Source of the DNA: an uncultured Acidimicrobiia bacterium
Lineage (GTDB): Bacteria > Acidobacteriota > Terriglobia > Versatilivoradales > Versatilivoraceae
DNA length: 64,000 nt
NCBI GenBank assembly: GCA_963786955.1
Contig: CAWBAT010000006.1
Location: 928,001 to 992,000 of the forward strand
Reading direction: 5' to 3'
Below, in pieces: positions 41,687 to 52,304 of the stretch (position 1 is the stretch's first letter; every line of letters begins with the position of its first letter). The notes beneath the pieces were generated by a model. It saw only the letters and a list, made by a program, of their open reading frames with translations. It had not been told where the DNA came from and did not search any database. A program made the position numbers and the translations under genes.

Positions 41687-41692
41687 ATCCTC

Positions 41693-42982
41693 ATGCGCGT
41701 ACTCTTTATTTCCAACTTTTATCCTCCCTATGGATTGGGCGGATATGAACAGTGGTGCCAGGAAGTAGCAGAGAGGCTCAGTGCGAGGGGCCATGAGATC
41801 CTTGTTCTTACGAGCCGGCATGGTGAACCTCATGTCCCGGAAAGGCCAGGCCTTGCCGTCGCTCGTCAGTTATATTTGGAAATGGAACTGGCCTCCAGCC
41901 AAAACCCGCTTGTATTCTTTGCTCAACGGAAGAAAAGAGAACGTGAGAACCTGGCATGCCTGAGGCGCCAAGTGGCCGAATTTGCACCCGATTCCATCGT
42001 GATTTGGGGAATGTGGAATTTACCGCGGTCGCTAGCGGCCCTGGCTGAAGAATTTTACCCGAATCGGACCGTTTACTACTTTGGCGATTACTGGCCGAAG
42101 CTGCCTAATCAGTGGTGGAATTATTGGCAGACTCCTGCCCGGAGTAGACTCACCTATTTCCCAAAGCGATTGCTTAGGTTGTATGCCGAGAGACTTCTCA
42201 AAACAGAAACCGTCTCAACGCTTTCTTTTCCACATGCGCTCTTCCCAAGTGAATTTCTATATCGTGCCTATCAACAAGCGAAGATCAAGGTGGGCCAGGC
42301 TCATGTCATTCAAGGAGGTGTGGACACCGAACCCTTCCGTCGAACCGCGCTAGATAGACTTCTATCAAAGTCGAGAGATCCCATCCGGTTACTCGTTGCG
42401 GGTCGTCTGGTTGCCGACAAAGGCATTCATACTGCAATTGAAGCGCTTTCTATCCTGACTCGGGAAAACAAAGGACGTCAATTCCATCTCACCATTGCTG
42501 GCACTGGCGACGAATCACATATTACAAGTCTGCATAATCTCGTAAGTAAACTGGAATTGGGCAAGCAGGTCTCTTTCTTAGGTGCAGTCGCGCCTCAGGA
42601 AATGCCCGCCTTATACTGCCGGCACGATCTATTTGTCTTCCCTTCAATCTGGCAAGAGCCCTTTGGTCGTGTTCTTGTTGAAGCGATGTCTGCAAGGCTG
42701 CCTGTCATCGGGACGGCCGTTGGAGGCGCTGGCGAAATCTTGCGGGACGGAGAGACTGGGCTCGCTTTTTCACCGGGCGACTCTCAAGGGCTAGCTGCTC
42801 AAATTACTAGACTAGCTGAGGATAGTAACCTTCGCGATCGATTGGCTAGTCAAGGACAAGCATTTGCTCGGGCCCAGTTCGATATTTCACGGATGGCAGA
42901 GGCAATTGAGCAATATCTCGGACAAGTGGTTTACGAATGTCGAATCCGGGAGAGAACCAACCAACCCCAAGTCGCTTTCTAG
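41693..42982 (+). CDS. GT4 glycosyltransferase
   Basis: RVLFISNFYPPYGLGGYE, GRLVADKG and PSIWQEPFGRVLVEAM motifs. Confidence 0.92.
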   Translation: MRVLFISNFYPPYGLGGYEQWCQEVAERLSARGHEILVLTSRHGEPHVPERPGLAVARQLYLEMELASSQNPLVFFAQRKKRERENLACLRRQVAEFAPDSIVIWGMWNLPRSLAALAEEFYPNRTVYYFGDYWPKLPNQWWNYWQTPARSRLTYFPKRLLRLYAERLLKTETVSTLSFPHALFPSEFLYRAYQQAKIKVGQAHVIQGGVDTEPFRRTALDRLLSKSRDPIRLLVAGRLVADKGIHTAIEALSILTRENKGRQFHLTIAGTGDESHITSLHNLVSKLELGKQVSFLGAVAPQEMPALYCRHDLFVFPSIWQEPFGRVLVEAMSARLPVIGTAVGGAGEILRDGETGLAFSPGDSQGLAAQITRLAEDSNLRDRLASQGQAFARAQFDISRMAEAIEQYLGQVVYECRIRERTNQPQVAF

Positions 42983-43100
42983 TAATGGCTCGATAACAGA
43001 GCCACCGCCTTGTCGATTAGCCCAACCTCTTTCCTAGTGGAAAATTTGTACAGCAGGGCAGTGTGAAAGTTTGCCACGATTATCAGCATCCCTACAATAG

Positions 43101-45761
43101 GTGCCCTTGTTTTCGCAAATTGGTTGCTTTGGGTCCACCGATCAGTCAGATATCACTGTTATGACTGCTAGATATGTTGGCTCTAGGTTAAAGCAGCAGG
43201 AATCAGAGAACACACCCTCGTGTCAAGGTCTTCGGAGACAAACTGTTCTCATGTGGGGGCTGCTGCTATCGGTTCCATGGTCGGGGAGCTGCCTTATCCA
43301 AGGGTCGCCTATTATTTCCAATGTGTCCTCCCATCGCGAGGTCGGCAAATATGAGAAATTCGAGATCGCCTTCAACATTACCGGAACCGTAGCCAAGAAC
43401 TTGCAGTTACCTTATGATCCGGCTCCACCCAGTGGGATTGATCCATCCTACGACGGTCATAAAGGCATCAGTGTCGATGCAGAATTCTCACCAGATAATT
43501 GGCAGACGGTGTATCGTCAGCCTGCCTTCTTCTATCACTACTACCAAGATGGTGGGGTCAAGCCGAGTTGGGATGGGCATTCCCATGAATGGTACTATCC
43601 GACAGGAAGAATCGGCTGGAAGGTGCGTTTTTCTCCCAACCAGGTGGGGACCTGGCAGTACAGGGTTAAAGCGGTCGATGCTCGTGGCTCAACAACCTCT
43701 GGAGCATATCTATTTACGGTGAATTCTTCCGCGAAGAAAGGCTTTGTCCGGGTTAGCAAGAGAGACCCCCGTTATTTTGAGTTTGAGGATGGTACACCTT
43801 TCCTGAGCCCAGCTCTGGAAGTGCCGTTCGGGTCATTATTAATAGACCCAGTCAACTCTAACCAACCTCGACTTGCTGATCAACAACGAGACCATATTAA
43901 TCTAAACCGGGATTGGGTGAGCCAACTTTACGGGTCAGCCTGGTCCCAGTGGCTCGGTGGTCGAAACCTTTATGACGGATATCTTCCTAGAGCCGGATTA
44001 GTGCCATTTCATGATTCGATCCGCAACCGTGACCTGATGACCATGTACATCCAGTATCCACAGGATTGGTTTGACGCCTGCCAGTGGGAAGGTTGGCATG
44101 GTGCCGAAGCTGTCAAAACAAATACGACCTACAAGCTGATGATCAAATACTGGGGGTATGATATTACGGGCCCGCGCGTTGCGGGAAAAACCCAGTTTGG
44201 CTTGATCGGAAAGATCACCCCAGGCTCGGCGGGCAACTGTTATGAACCAGGGACCGGAATTGTAGTCACCAATCATGGAGGGAATACGTCCGATTGGGGA
44301 ACTATTGAGGGGACTTGGTACTCCGGCAGCAACAACTTCCTTCCGAAGGTTTCTCTTGGACTTGAGAACGTGACTCAGGGTAAGGCATTCGTTCTCTCCA
44401 TCTCCCTGAAAGAGGTGCTTGGAGCCGGACAGTATGGACCGGAGATCTTGCACGAATCATCTATGGAATACGAGTTGAATTTCCCCGATCTTGGGCTCTA
44501 TGCCATGGACAAGTACGTAGAGTTGGCAGAGGCACATGACATTTACCTCAAGCTTGTCATCATGGAAAAAAATGACCTCATCTATAAAAAGTTGGCTGAT
44601 GACGGCACGTTCGCCAAGGAAGACAATTCGGGTGGGTTTTATGGCTTGGGCCGTGGCATGAACAAGACGCGCTGGCTGCAGCAGGCCTGGTGGCGATATG
44701 CACAGGCGCGCTGGGGGTATTCGCTAAGTATCCATTCGTGGGAGCTCACCAACGAGGGCGACCCGTTCCTGACCAAGCACTGGGAGATGACAGATGAATT
44801 CGGCAAATTCATGCATTGTGGGGCATTCGGTGTAATGGTAGGTGCTGGGGATTCCAAACCTTGTACCTTGGAACATCCTAACCGGCATATGGTGACGACC
44901 TCCTTTTGGCACAGCTTCCCAGGTTACGACTCACAATTGGGGAAAGGCTTTTGGGGGAACCCGAAGTACCCAAATGTCGACTATGCTGATGGTCACGCTT
45001 ATATTGCCACAAGCCCCGCCCCTGATGCCGACAAGATCCTCATGCAAGAGGACGCGGCTTACTATCATCTTTGGCACAGCAAAGAATGGGGGGGGTGGAA
45101 ACTGAAGTTCCCTGTAGTGCGGGGCGAAGCAGGAATGGTTCCCTATAATGGGAGTACGGATGACTGGGCGGGACTCGGGCTTCAAAAAGATACTCAAGGG
45201 GTGTGGTACCACGACTTTTTGTGGTCGAGTTTGGATAGTGGGGGATTGTATGAGACTTATTGGTATGGTGTTCCTCACGTCTACGACGCGGGTGTCTATG
45301 ATCATCGGCCTGCGGCCCTGACGTTAAACAATTTTATGAGAGGCGTCCCTTTGAATAATGGACTTTATCGGGACCTGGCCGCGGCGGTGTCGGCACCGAA
45401 CTTGCGCGTGGTAGGCCAGAAAGACCTAAAGAACGGGAATGCTCATATGTGGATCCAGAACAAGAACCATACATGGAGGAATGTTGCCCAAGGGGCGAGC
45501 ATTCCGCCAGAGTCAGGGATGATCCGAATCGGGGGGTTTGTCCCAGGCAAAAATTACGCACTTGAATGGTGGGACACTTACAAGACGACGGGACAGGTAA
45601 CATCCACGCAATTGATCACTTCAGCGTCCGACGGAACATTAACAATTTCGGTCCCGCCGCTTAAATCCGATATAGCCTTGAAGATTTTTGCTAACTCCAT
45701 CTCACTCCCCCCTGCGAATGGGGTAGACCTTTCATCTGAAATGAGCCTGAAAAAACCATGA
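43101..45761 (+). CDS. Secreted DUF5060-type clan GH-A glycoside hydrolase-like protein (start uncertain)
   Basis: VGKYEKFEI and WKVRFSPNQVGTWQY (DUF5060-like); RYAQARWGYS.SIHSWELTNE acid/base motif; RGEAG; C-terminal EWWDT Ig-like domain. Confidence 0.7.
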   Translation: MPLFSQIGCFGSTDQSDITVMTARYVGSRLKQQESENTPSCQGLRRQTVLMWGLLLSVPWSGSCLIQGSPIISNVSSHREVGKYEKFEIAFNITGTVAKNLQLPYDPAPPSGIDPSYDGHKGISVDAEFSPDNWQTVYRQPAFFYHYYQDGGVKPSWDGHSHEWYYPTGRIGWKVRFSPNQVGTWQYRVKAVDARGSTTSGAYLFTVNSSAKKGFVRVSKRDPRYFEFEDGTPFLSPALEVPFGSLLIDPVNSNQPRLADQQRDHINLNRDWVSQLYGSAWSQWLGGRNLYDGYLPRAGLVPFHDSIRNRDLMTMYIQYPQDWFDACQWEGWHGAEAVKTNTTYKLMIKYWGYDITGPRVAGKTQFGLIGKITPGSAGNCYEPGTGIVVTNHGGNTSDWGTIEGTWYSGSNNFLPKVSLGLENVTQGKAFVLSISLKEVLGAGQYGPEILHESSMEYELNFPDLGLYAMDKYVELAEAHDIYLKLVIMEKNDLIYKKLADDGTFAKEDNSGGFYGLGRGMNKTRWLQQAWWRYAQARWGYSLSIHSWELTNEGDPFLTKHWEMTDEFGKFMHCGAFGVMVGAGDSKPCTLEHPNRHMVTTSFWHSFPGYDSQLGKGFWGNPKYPNVDYADGHAYIATSPAPDADKILMQEDAAYYHLWHSKEWGGWKLKFPVVRGEAGMVPYNGSTDDWAGLGLQKDTQGVWYHDFLWSSLDSGGLYETYWYGVPHVYDAGVYDHRPAALTLNNFMRGVPLNNGLYRDLAAAVSAPNLRVVGQKDLKNGNAHMWIQNKNHTWRNVAQGASIPPESGMIRIGGFVPGKNYALEWWDTYKTTGQVTSTQLITSASDGTLTISVPPLKSDIALKIFANSISLPPANGVDLSSEMSLKKP

Positions 45762-47056
45762 GCCTACGTGTGCTTCTAGTTGGTCCGCCCGACCCACATT
45801 TCGAAGATCTCAAAGCTGCTCTAGAGCAAGCCGGATTCTTGACTAAGACTGCAGCCAATGGAATCGACGGGCTCAAAGCCGGCTGCGATTTTAGGCCCCA
45901 TCTCGTTATCTCGGAAGTCGTCTTGAGCGGAATGGATGGACTCGAGTTTTGCTCCCGAATCAGCAAAGCGGAAGGATTTCACACCCAAGTCATCTTTTAT
46001 TCACGGTCCTATCGCGACGCAAAATCGCGTGGCGAAATCATCCACAACCACGGCGCCCTTCACTACTTTGTGAATCCATTTCAAAAGGGCGACCTTTGGG
46101 AAGCAGTCACAAATTCGCTCAATGAAATGGATCCTCAAAATGAAAAAGTTAAGGTTAAAGGAGAGCAAGCTCTTTCCCAGCATGAGAATTCCAGAAATTT
46201 GAGGACGGGCGCGCAATGGCCTGTGGAAACAGCATCAGGAGCTGAATATGGGACCCCCGAACCTAGCCTAATTAAAACGACAACTGCTTTAGCGGATCAT
46301 TCCCCTCCTCCCCCACCAAAACTAAGAAAACTAGAGGTCCCATCTCCCATATCGGAAAGCCCACCGCAAGTTAAGACCATCGGATCCGGATTGCGTCAAA
46401 CTGAAACCCCAGCCATAGCTCTAGAGTCGTCTTTCTTGGTCGCCTTCGAGAACAAGGCACGCTCAATCCCAAAACTCAGAAAGATGATGACCCAGCCAGG
46501 GATGCTCCCCAAGACTAAGATTCGACCATAATCTCCGGCCTGCGATGAATCTCCTAGAATTCCTGTAATTCCAATTGCCGGTGAACCAGTAGTTGCCCTT
46601 CCTCGAGAACTTCCTTTTTCTCGAAGAACACCTGTCCTCATCGGTGGAATGGTAGTGATTGTGGTATTGGCATTTTCTGTGACCACTCGGTTCTGGACAT
46701 CTCGACTGGATCGGCCTGCAGTTTCAATCCCAAATTCAGATTTTCCCCAATCATCGGAAAATCAGACTTCGCCTCTGAACGAAGACAAATTGGAGATTTC
46801 AGCGGCTCCGACCGCCTTAATGCAGCCGACAAGATCAGACGCCGAAGCCAGCGGGGCCGTGATTCAGTGCTTGAAGAATTCGAAATCGGATCAGCCTAAC
46901 CCTCACTCGACCTCTGCAGTCAAGCATCCGGATCAGCGGCAACTTAGAGAACTCGGGAGGTCGAAACACGAGGGACCTTCTTCTTCGAGCTCCGTGGGGT
47001 TGGTGATCAACGACGTTAGCCTCGCGAAAAGGCAGCTCTTTAGAGCCACATTGTAA
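45758..47056 (+). pseudogene. Pseudo-receiver domain + Pro-rich linker + TM protein, with in-frame TAA at 46529 and probable truncation at the IS
   Basis: Receiver fold (RVLLVG...PHLVISEVVLSGMDGLEFC). The frame after TAA 46529 stays open into ORF 46649-47056, which has a TM segment (VLIGGMVVIVVLAFSV). Confidence 0.6.
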
Positions 47057-47088
47057 CAATAAGATGCCTTGGGCCGCCACTCCCCGAA

Positions 47089-47900
47089 TCGCGCAAGCTA
47101 AAATGTAACTCTGCAGCTCTGCCTCCGGCGACTGCTGTCATTCGCTGAACCTCACCGACATCCACACCACCTGGGTCGAGACGCGTGCCGTGCTAGGCAA
47201 AGGGCAAGAAGGAGTTCGTTGCGCCATGGAAACCATCCGTCAAGCGTTACCGTTTAAACTGCTGGGCATTGACTCCGACAACGGCTCGGAATTTATCAAT
47301 GCTCATCTCTATCGCTATTGTCAGGCCCTCGAGATCCAATTCACTCGTGGCCGTCCTTACAAGAAAGATGACAATGCTCACATCGAGCAAAAGAACTGGA
47401 CTCACGTGCGTCGCCTGTTAGGCTACGAGCGTTATGATTCTCCCACCGCCTTGGAGGCCCTCAACGATCTCTACTCCCACCCCCTGCGGTTGTTTCAAAA
47501 CTTGTTCCTCCCCTCGGTGAAATTGCGACGCAAGATTCGAGTCGGCTCGAAACTAAAACGGATCTATGATTCGCCTCAGACTCCCTTCCAACGTGTGTGT
47601 GCCTCCAAACAGGCCATCCCCGCTAAAGTCGCTCAGCTCCAACATTGGCGGGATACGCTGGATCCTTTCGAGCTCTCTCAGCAGATTGAACAAAAACTGG
47701 AGCAGATCTTTCAACTCAGCCGCTCTCAAACAGTTTCTAAAGACGTCGGTGATCCACAATTTTCACAGTTTTCCACAATCATTCACAGAAAGAAAAAAGA
47801 ACCAAAAAAGAAAGAATGAAGGACTGCTACTACGATCTCGGGTTACATTTTATTTTGCTCTATGACTATTCTCAAAGTTACATTCTTAAATTGCGTGACA
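47089..47900 (+). mobile_element. Internally deleted DDE (rve integrase-core) insertion element
   Basis: Transposase remnant about 47112-47819 (SLNLTDIHTTWVE...DSDNGSEFIN...RGRPYKKDDNAHIEQKN). The right end has two GTTACATT sites and ends ...GTGACA at 47900; an inverted site GCAAGCTAAAATGTAAC lies at 47093-47109. Confidence 0.8.
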
Positions 47901-48436
47901 GGCTCCCCGTTTAGCCAAAGAATCCGCACTACTGCAGCCATCCTCTGTCACTCCCGCCTTCCTCTCCTCTCCCAAACATTGCTCTAATCTTCTGGCTCCC
48001 TTTCAGCTTCAATATTCCTCTTAGTAAGCTAGGTCAGAGCTGCTATCAACTCGATCAAACCTGTGGGGGAGCCTGTTTGTCTCTCCAGGCAGATCAATCA
48101 TCAGTGACTCCAGGTCTGACCGTGTTCCGAGTCTTTCACCAAGAGTCTTTCCACTGGACGTTGTGCAGTGCCCTTTCCAGGTGCTACAAAGCAGTCTAGC
48201 CATCTAATTTTCACAGGCTAGCGGCTTCGCTTCAATGCCTGGGGGTTCTCGAACCATGCCGCACTTCCCCTTAACCTACGAACCTATGTATGCACAGGGA
48301 GAATCCGCTTTGGGATGATGGATCTTCTTTGGAAGTGAAGGATTCTTGCAAATGCTTTTTGTACGGCATTGACTGCCGGGCGGATGTCTATTAGACTCAC
48401 CTTCACGCAATTCAAAAGAGAAGGAGAAACGTACCC

Positions 48437-49567
48437 ATGCGACGACGAAAAAGCTTCTTGGTTGGCAGTCTGGTCATCTTTTACGGATTGATGAATTCGA
48501 TCACGCCCATCCAGGCGCATCGAGCACTGAATTTATTAGTTGAGAACCCACCGCAGGCGCCTACCTACCCTGCAGTATCCTCTTCGGCCCCCGGGATCAG
48601 CGGCCAGGGGAAGTTGCGATTCAAGTTGCTCTATACCTCCGACCTTCTCCCCGAAGCGGCCAAGAAGGTGTTGATTTCCGCTCATGGCGGCTTTGCCGTG
48701 GATCATCGTGGCGGAAAGGAAGAAACTTATTTTTCTTTGCCTGGAGCCGGGATTCTCCAGATCAGCGCCGACATGAAGAACGTGCAACTGCTGGAGACTG
48801 CAGCCGACATGAAGACTCTCAATCTGCATAACACCAAGATCTGGTATAGCAAAGAGGGGACTGCGTATTTGGCTTTTCCCGCTAACGATGCAGGAAAGGT
48901 CTTCACAACGAGTGTTGATGGAAAATTGCTTCACACGCTCAACACTCCAACCGCAGCGGACAACTTTGCAATTCCGGCAGTCACCGATTATTTTGCCGGG
49001 AAGGGCAATTTTGTTCCAACAGACGTGGAGTATCTGGATGGGCTTTATTACATCGCTACAGGGTATTCCGCCCTCGACTACATCTTGACGGCACGGATTA
49101 CGAATCTGAATCCCTTTATGGCCATTTGGAATGATCTGGCTTTTGGCGGGAAAGGAACCGGACCCGGCCAGTTCGGAACTGCCCACGGCATTACGATCCC
49201 ACCAGGTACGCAACGCATCGATATAGCCGATCGCCCCAATTCAGAAATTGATCGGTTTACCCGCTACGGACAATATCTCTCCACTCTCAAAATGCCCATG
49301 GGCTCATTGCCTTGCGACATTGATTTCTTAGATCAATACGCGGTCGTTGCCGCTCTCGATGGGCCAGACAAAAGCAAAGGCGCGCCTGTCTACCTCCTCC
49401 AGAATGACCAGCTTGTTTCCACGATCATGCCTAAGGAAGATCTTGGGCTGATTAACTTCAAACACAACCATAATGCTGTCCTTCGCAAGGCGGGGAACAA
49501 ACTCTATATCATCGTCCAGGCCTGGAATCCGGGAGACTTTGCGATTCTGGAACAAGTGACGGAATAG
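48437..49567 (+). CDS. Secreted NHL-repeat/beta-propeller-like protein
   Basis: Signal peptide; AAGGAG RBS; GGKGTGPGQFGTAHGITI and IADRPNSEIDRF NHL-like motifs. Confidence 0.65.
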   Translation: MRRRKSFLVGSLVIFYGLMNSITPIQAHRALNLLVENPPQAPTYPAVSSSAPGISGQGKLRFKLLYTSDLLPEAAKKVLISAHGGFAVDHRGGKEETYFSLPGAGILQISADMKNVQLLETAADMKTLNLHNTKIWYSKEGTAYLAFPANDAGKVFTTSVDGKLLHTLNTPTAADNFAIPAVTDYFAGKGNFVPTDVEYLDGLYYIATGYSALDYILTARITNLNPFMAIWNDLAFGGKGTGPGQFGTAHGITIPPGTQRIDIADRPNSEIDRFTRYGQYLSTLKMPMGSLPCDIDFLDQYAVVAALDGPDKSKGAPVYLLQNDQLVSTIMPKEDLGLINFKHNHNAVLRKAGNKLYIIVQAWNPGDFAILEQVTE

Positions 49568-49726
49568 ATTGCTAAAGAAACCATTCTCCCAGCCGGATCA
49601 AAAGTGGAGCAGCGAAGTCCGCCGTTTGGCGGGCTTCGCTCTCCCCTGATGTGCAGGCCCCCTTGTATATTCTTTCTCGAGTAGGGAATGTGAAAGAATT
49701 GGGTTCGGTGTCGCTCTTCGAGTGGT

Positions 49727-49924
49727 CCCCTTGGTTAAGGGGGACTCCAGGGAGTAAGGTAGGGCGGTCTCGCTGAGACCGCCGACTCCACTTTGGGTAT
49801 GGCGGCGCGCACGGCGTGCGCGCCCTACCAGAGCGACCACCCCCTTGCCCCCTCCTTAGCTAAGGAGGGGAACCAAAATTGAATTCCTTCACACCTCCCC
49901 TCTCCCGCGCTGGGGAGAGGGGAG
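49727..49924. repeat. Mosaic of palindromic REP-like elements
   Basis: CCCCTTGGTTAAGGGGG (from 49727), GTAG doublet 49759-49828, ACCACCCCCTTGCCCCCTCCTTAGCTAAGGAGGGG 49836-49870 and CTCCCCTCTCCCGCGCTGGGGAGAGGGGAG 49895-49924. Confidence 0.8.
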
Positions 49925-50189
49925 CCAAAATTCTTTATCTTGCCTGGAGGGTGGAGCTCTGCGACGCTTGCTTGGTAGCGATAGGCCTCCTGGCCTGTCG
50001 AGCCCTAGGTCTCGCGGGAACTCGACCAAGGCCGTTCTCCTGCTCAAAGACCAGCAGATTAGAACACTGGTAATTTCTCCAAACTCCCAGTAGCATATTT
50101 TTATCTCACTGGACGAATAGTGGATCCTCTCTTTCCAGTGTTTCTACCCCATTCTTAGAAGAACCCCAATCTCTGCGAGGGATGCATTC

Positions 50190-52022
50190 ATGGTCACGAT
50201 CAAACTCGAAAGTAAATCCAGATTCGTTTTCTTTTCTGCACTCACCTTGGCATTATTGTCTAGCGCAAACCTGCCGCAAACAATTCATTCTCAGGAAACT
50301 GCTCCAGGAGAACATAAGAAAGAACAACTCCAGACATTTGCTCTGGAAACCTATGCCCGGCGCAGCTTCAATTATTGCAACCGCATGGTGGGCAAAGACG
50401 GCCTGCCCTACTTTAACATCTTCTGGACGGAGCCCGCCGAAGCCGCCCACGATTGGCCGGATTTCGGAGATGGGATGCCTCGTCAGTTTCAGGCTGTCGT
50501 GATGGCCCGGCATATGACCGGTGAGACTTTGCCCATTGAAGCGGTCTGGCGGCAGAAGATCCTCAATCTGATCGATCCGGAGACTGGACTACTCACGCGG
50601 CCTCAGACAAGCTACTCGAAAAAGGTTACAGACGAAGGCGATCAGGCGCTCGCTCTTTACGCGCTCGTGACAGCTTATGCCGACAAACCCGATGAAGAGC
50701 TAAAAAGAATAATTTTTAAGATGACGGATGCCTTGCTTGACCGCGCCCTGAAGGGAAACATCGACAAAAAGAATTTCACCCGAGGATTCATTCTCAAAAG
50801 TCTCATGGCATGCGTTCGGGTGCTCGGCTACGAGCCGGCCTTGCGGCTTGCCGAGATCAATATCCGATTGGTCTTTGACGATAATCCATTGTTTACGCCT
50901 GACAACACTTTCAAGCACGGTGGCCACATGCACGGGAATCTGCGCACGTTGGTCGGGGCCGCAGATTATGCGCTATACGTCAAAGACCCCGTGCTCTACA
51001 GCCGCGTGCATGCGCTCTATCGTTATGTCCGGTCAGAAGCCACCCGATTTGGGTTTCTTCCCGAAGTCATCGGACGCAAAGGGGACATCGTGGGGACCGA
51101 GACCTGCGCCCTCATGGATTACGTTGGCCTGGCGGTTACCTTGGCCAACCATGGTCATCCTGAATATTGGGGTGATGTCGAGCGGTTCGTTCGCAACCAA
51201 CTGGTAGAGAGCCAGGCCCATAACTTGGTCTGGCTAAAATCGGACCCGGCCCGACCAGATACTGGGCAATTCACTTGGAACGACATCGCCGGGCGGATGG
51301 AAGGCGGATGGGCCGGTTGGAGTTCGCCGACTCACTTGCTCGCCGCTCGCGAAAGTCTCGACCACCATTGGGGAGGCCCTGAATTGCACGGCAAGACGCG
51401 AGCCTTCCAGAACTGCTGCGGTGGATCAGGCATTCACGCCCTGTTTATTGCGTGGAAGAACGCGGCCCGCTTCCGCGACGGCACTCTATCGGTTGACCTC
51501 CATATGGATAAACAGTTGCCGCAAGCCGAGATCCGGAGTTATCAGCCGTTCAAAGGATTGCTGACCATTCATATGAAAGAAACTTGCGCCGTGCGTGTGC
51601 GTATCCCCGATTTTGTCGAAGCCAGTACCGTGGTCGTGGAAGCGAATGGAGCCAAAGTGCAGGCAAAGGCTTTCGGAAATTATCTCGATCTGGGGCAACG
51701 GTCACCAGGTGAATTGATAAGAATAAGTTACCCGCTCCCTGTCACGTCTGAAGAGGTTGAAATCGGAAATCCAGGCTTCCGGCATTATCGCTATCGGGTC
51801 ACTTGGAAAGGGGATACGGTCATCCGGATGGAGCCGCTGGGGAAGGAATATACGACAGGCTATTCCGAATTCGACAATAAGCAGGTACCCATCTTTTACG
51901 GGAATGAGGGGCCAAGTCCGCTTTATCAACGCAAACAGTTCGAACTTGATACGGAGCCGTCGCCCTCAGCACTTTACAACGACAATGGAACTCTGGATTT
52001 CTGGGCGAACTTAGGAAAATGA
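50190..52022 (+). CDS. Secreted GH127/GH146-like (DUF1680) glycoside hydrolase
   Basis: Signal peptide; GHMH, ETCA, ERFVRNQL and NCCGGSG Cys/Zn motifs; VRVRIPDF beta-sandwich. Confidence 0.7.
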   Translation: MVTIKLESKSRFVFFSALTLALLSSANLPQTIHSQETAPGEHKKEQLQTFALETYARRSFNYCNRMVGKDGLPYFNIFWTEPAEAAHDWPDFGDGMPRQFQAVVMARHMTGETLPIEAVWRQKILNLIDPETGLLTRPQTSYSKKVTDEGDQALALYALVTAYADKPDEELKRIIFKMTDALLDRALKGNIDKKNFTRGFILKSLMACVRVLGYEPALRLAEINIRLVFDDNPLFTPDNTFKHGGHMHGNLRTLVGAADYALYVKDPVLYSRVHALYRYVRSEATRFGFLPEVIGRKGDIVGTETCALMDYVGLAVTLANHGHPEYWGDVERFVRNQLVESQAHNLVWLKSDPARPDTGQFTWNDIAGRMEGGWAGWSSPTHLLAARESLDHHWGGPELHGKTRAFQNCCGGSGIHALFIAWKNAARFRDGTLSVDLHMDKQLPQAEIRSYQPFKGLLTIHMKETCAVRVRIPDFVEASTVVVEANGAKVQAKAFGNYLDLGQRSPGELIRISYPLPVTSEEVEIGNPGFRHYRYRVTWKGDTVIRMEPLGKEYTTGYSEFDNKQVPIFYGNEGPSPLYQRKQFELDTEPSPSALYNDNGTLDFWANLGK

Positions 52023-52055
52023 ATAGGTGTGGCGAAGCATTCGTGAACGAATGGA

Positions 52056-52099
52056 GTAGGGGCGAAGCATTCGTCAGCCGACAGATGCTTCGCCCCTAC
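52056..52099. repeat. GTAG-bounded hairpin REP-like element
   Basis: GTAGGGGCGAAGCAT-N14-ATGCTTCGCCCCTAC perfect 15-bp stem; partial direct copy at about 52027-52044. Confidence 0.8.
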
Positions 52100-52304
52100 T
52101 ATCTCACTTGGCCCGGTAAAACCAATCCCCTGCCCTTAAGATACTTCTGCATTTTGCGTTATAATATTATAGAAATACCGAAGCTCAAACTACCCTTTCG
52201 GCCTCAATTCAAGTGGAGGTTTCGAGCTCGTTTGCGGCTTCAAGAAGAACTTCATTCGATTGCTAGCATGCACGATCAAGCGAGCCACCCTGAGGAGGAG
52301 TAAA

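Noticed and set aside
47901-48436. Possible gene or ncRNA after the IS
   Set aside because: Only short ORFs without motifs and no recognisable RNA structure; probably promoter or decayed DNA.
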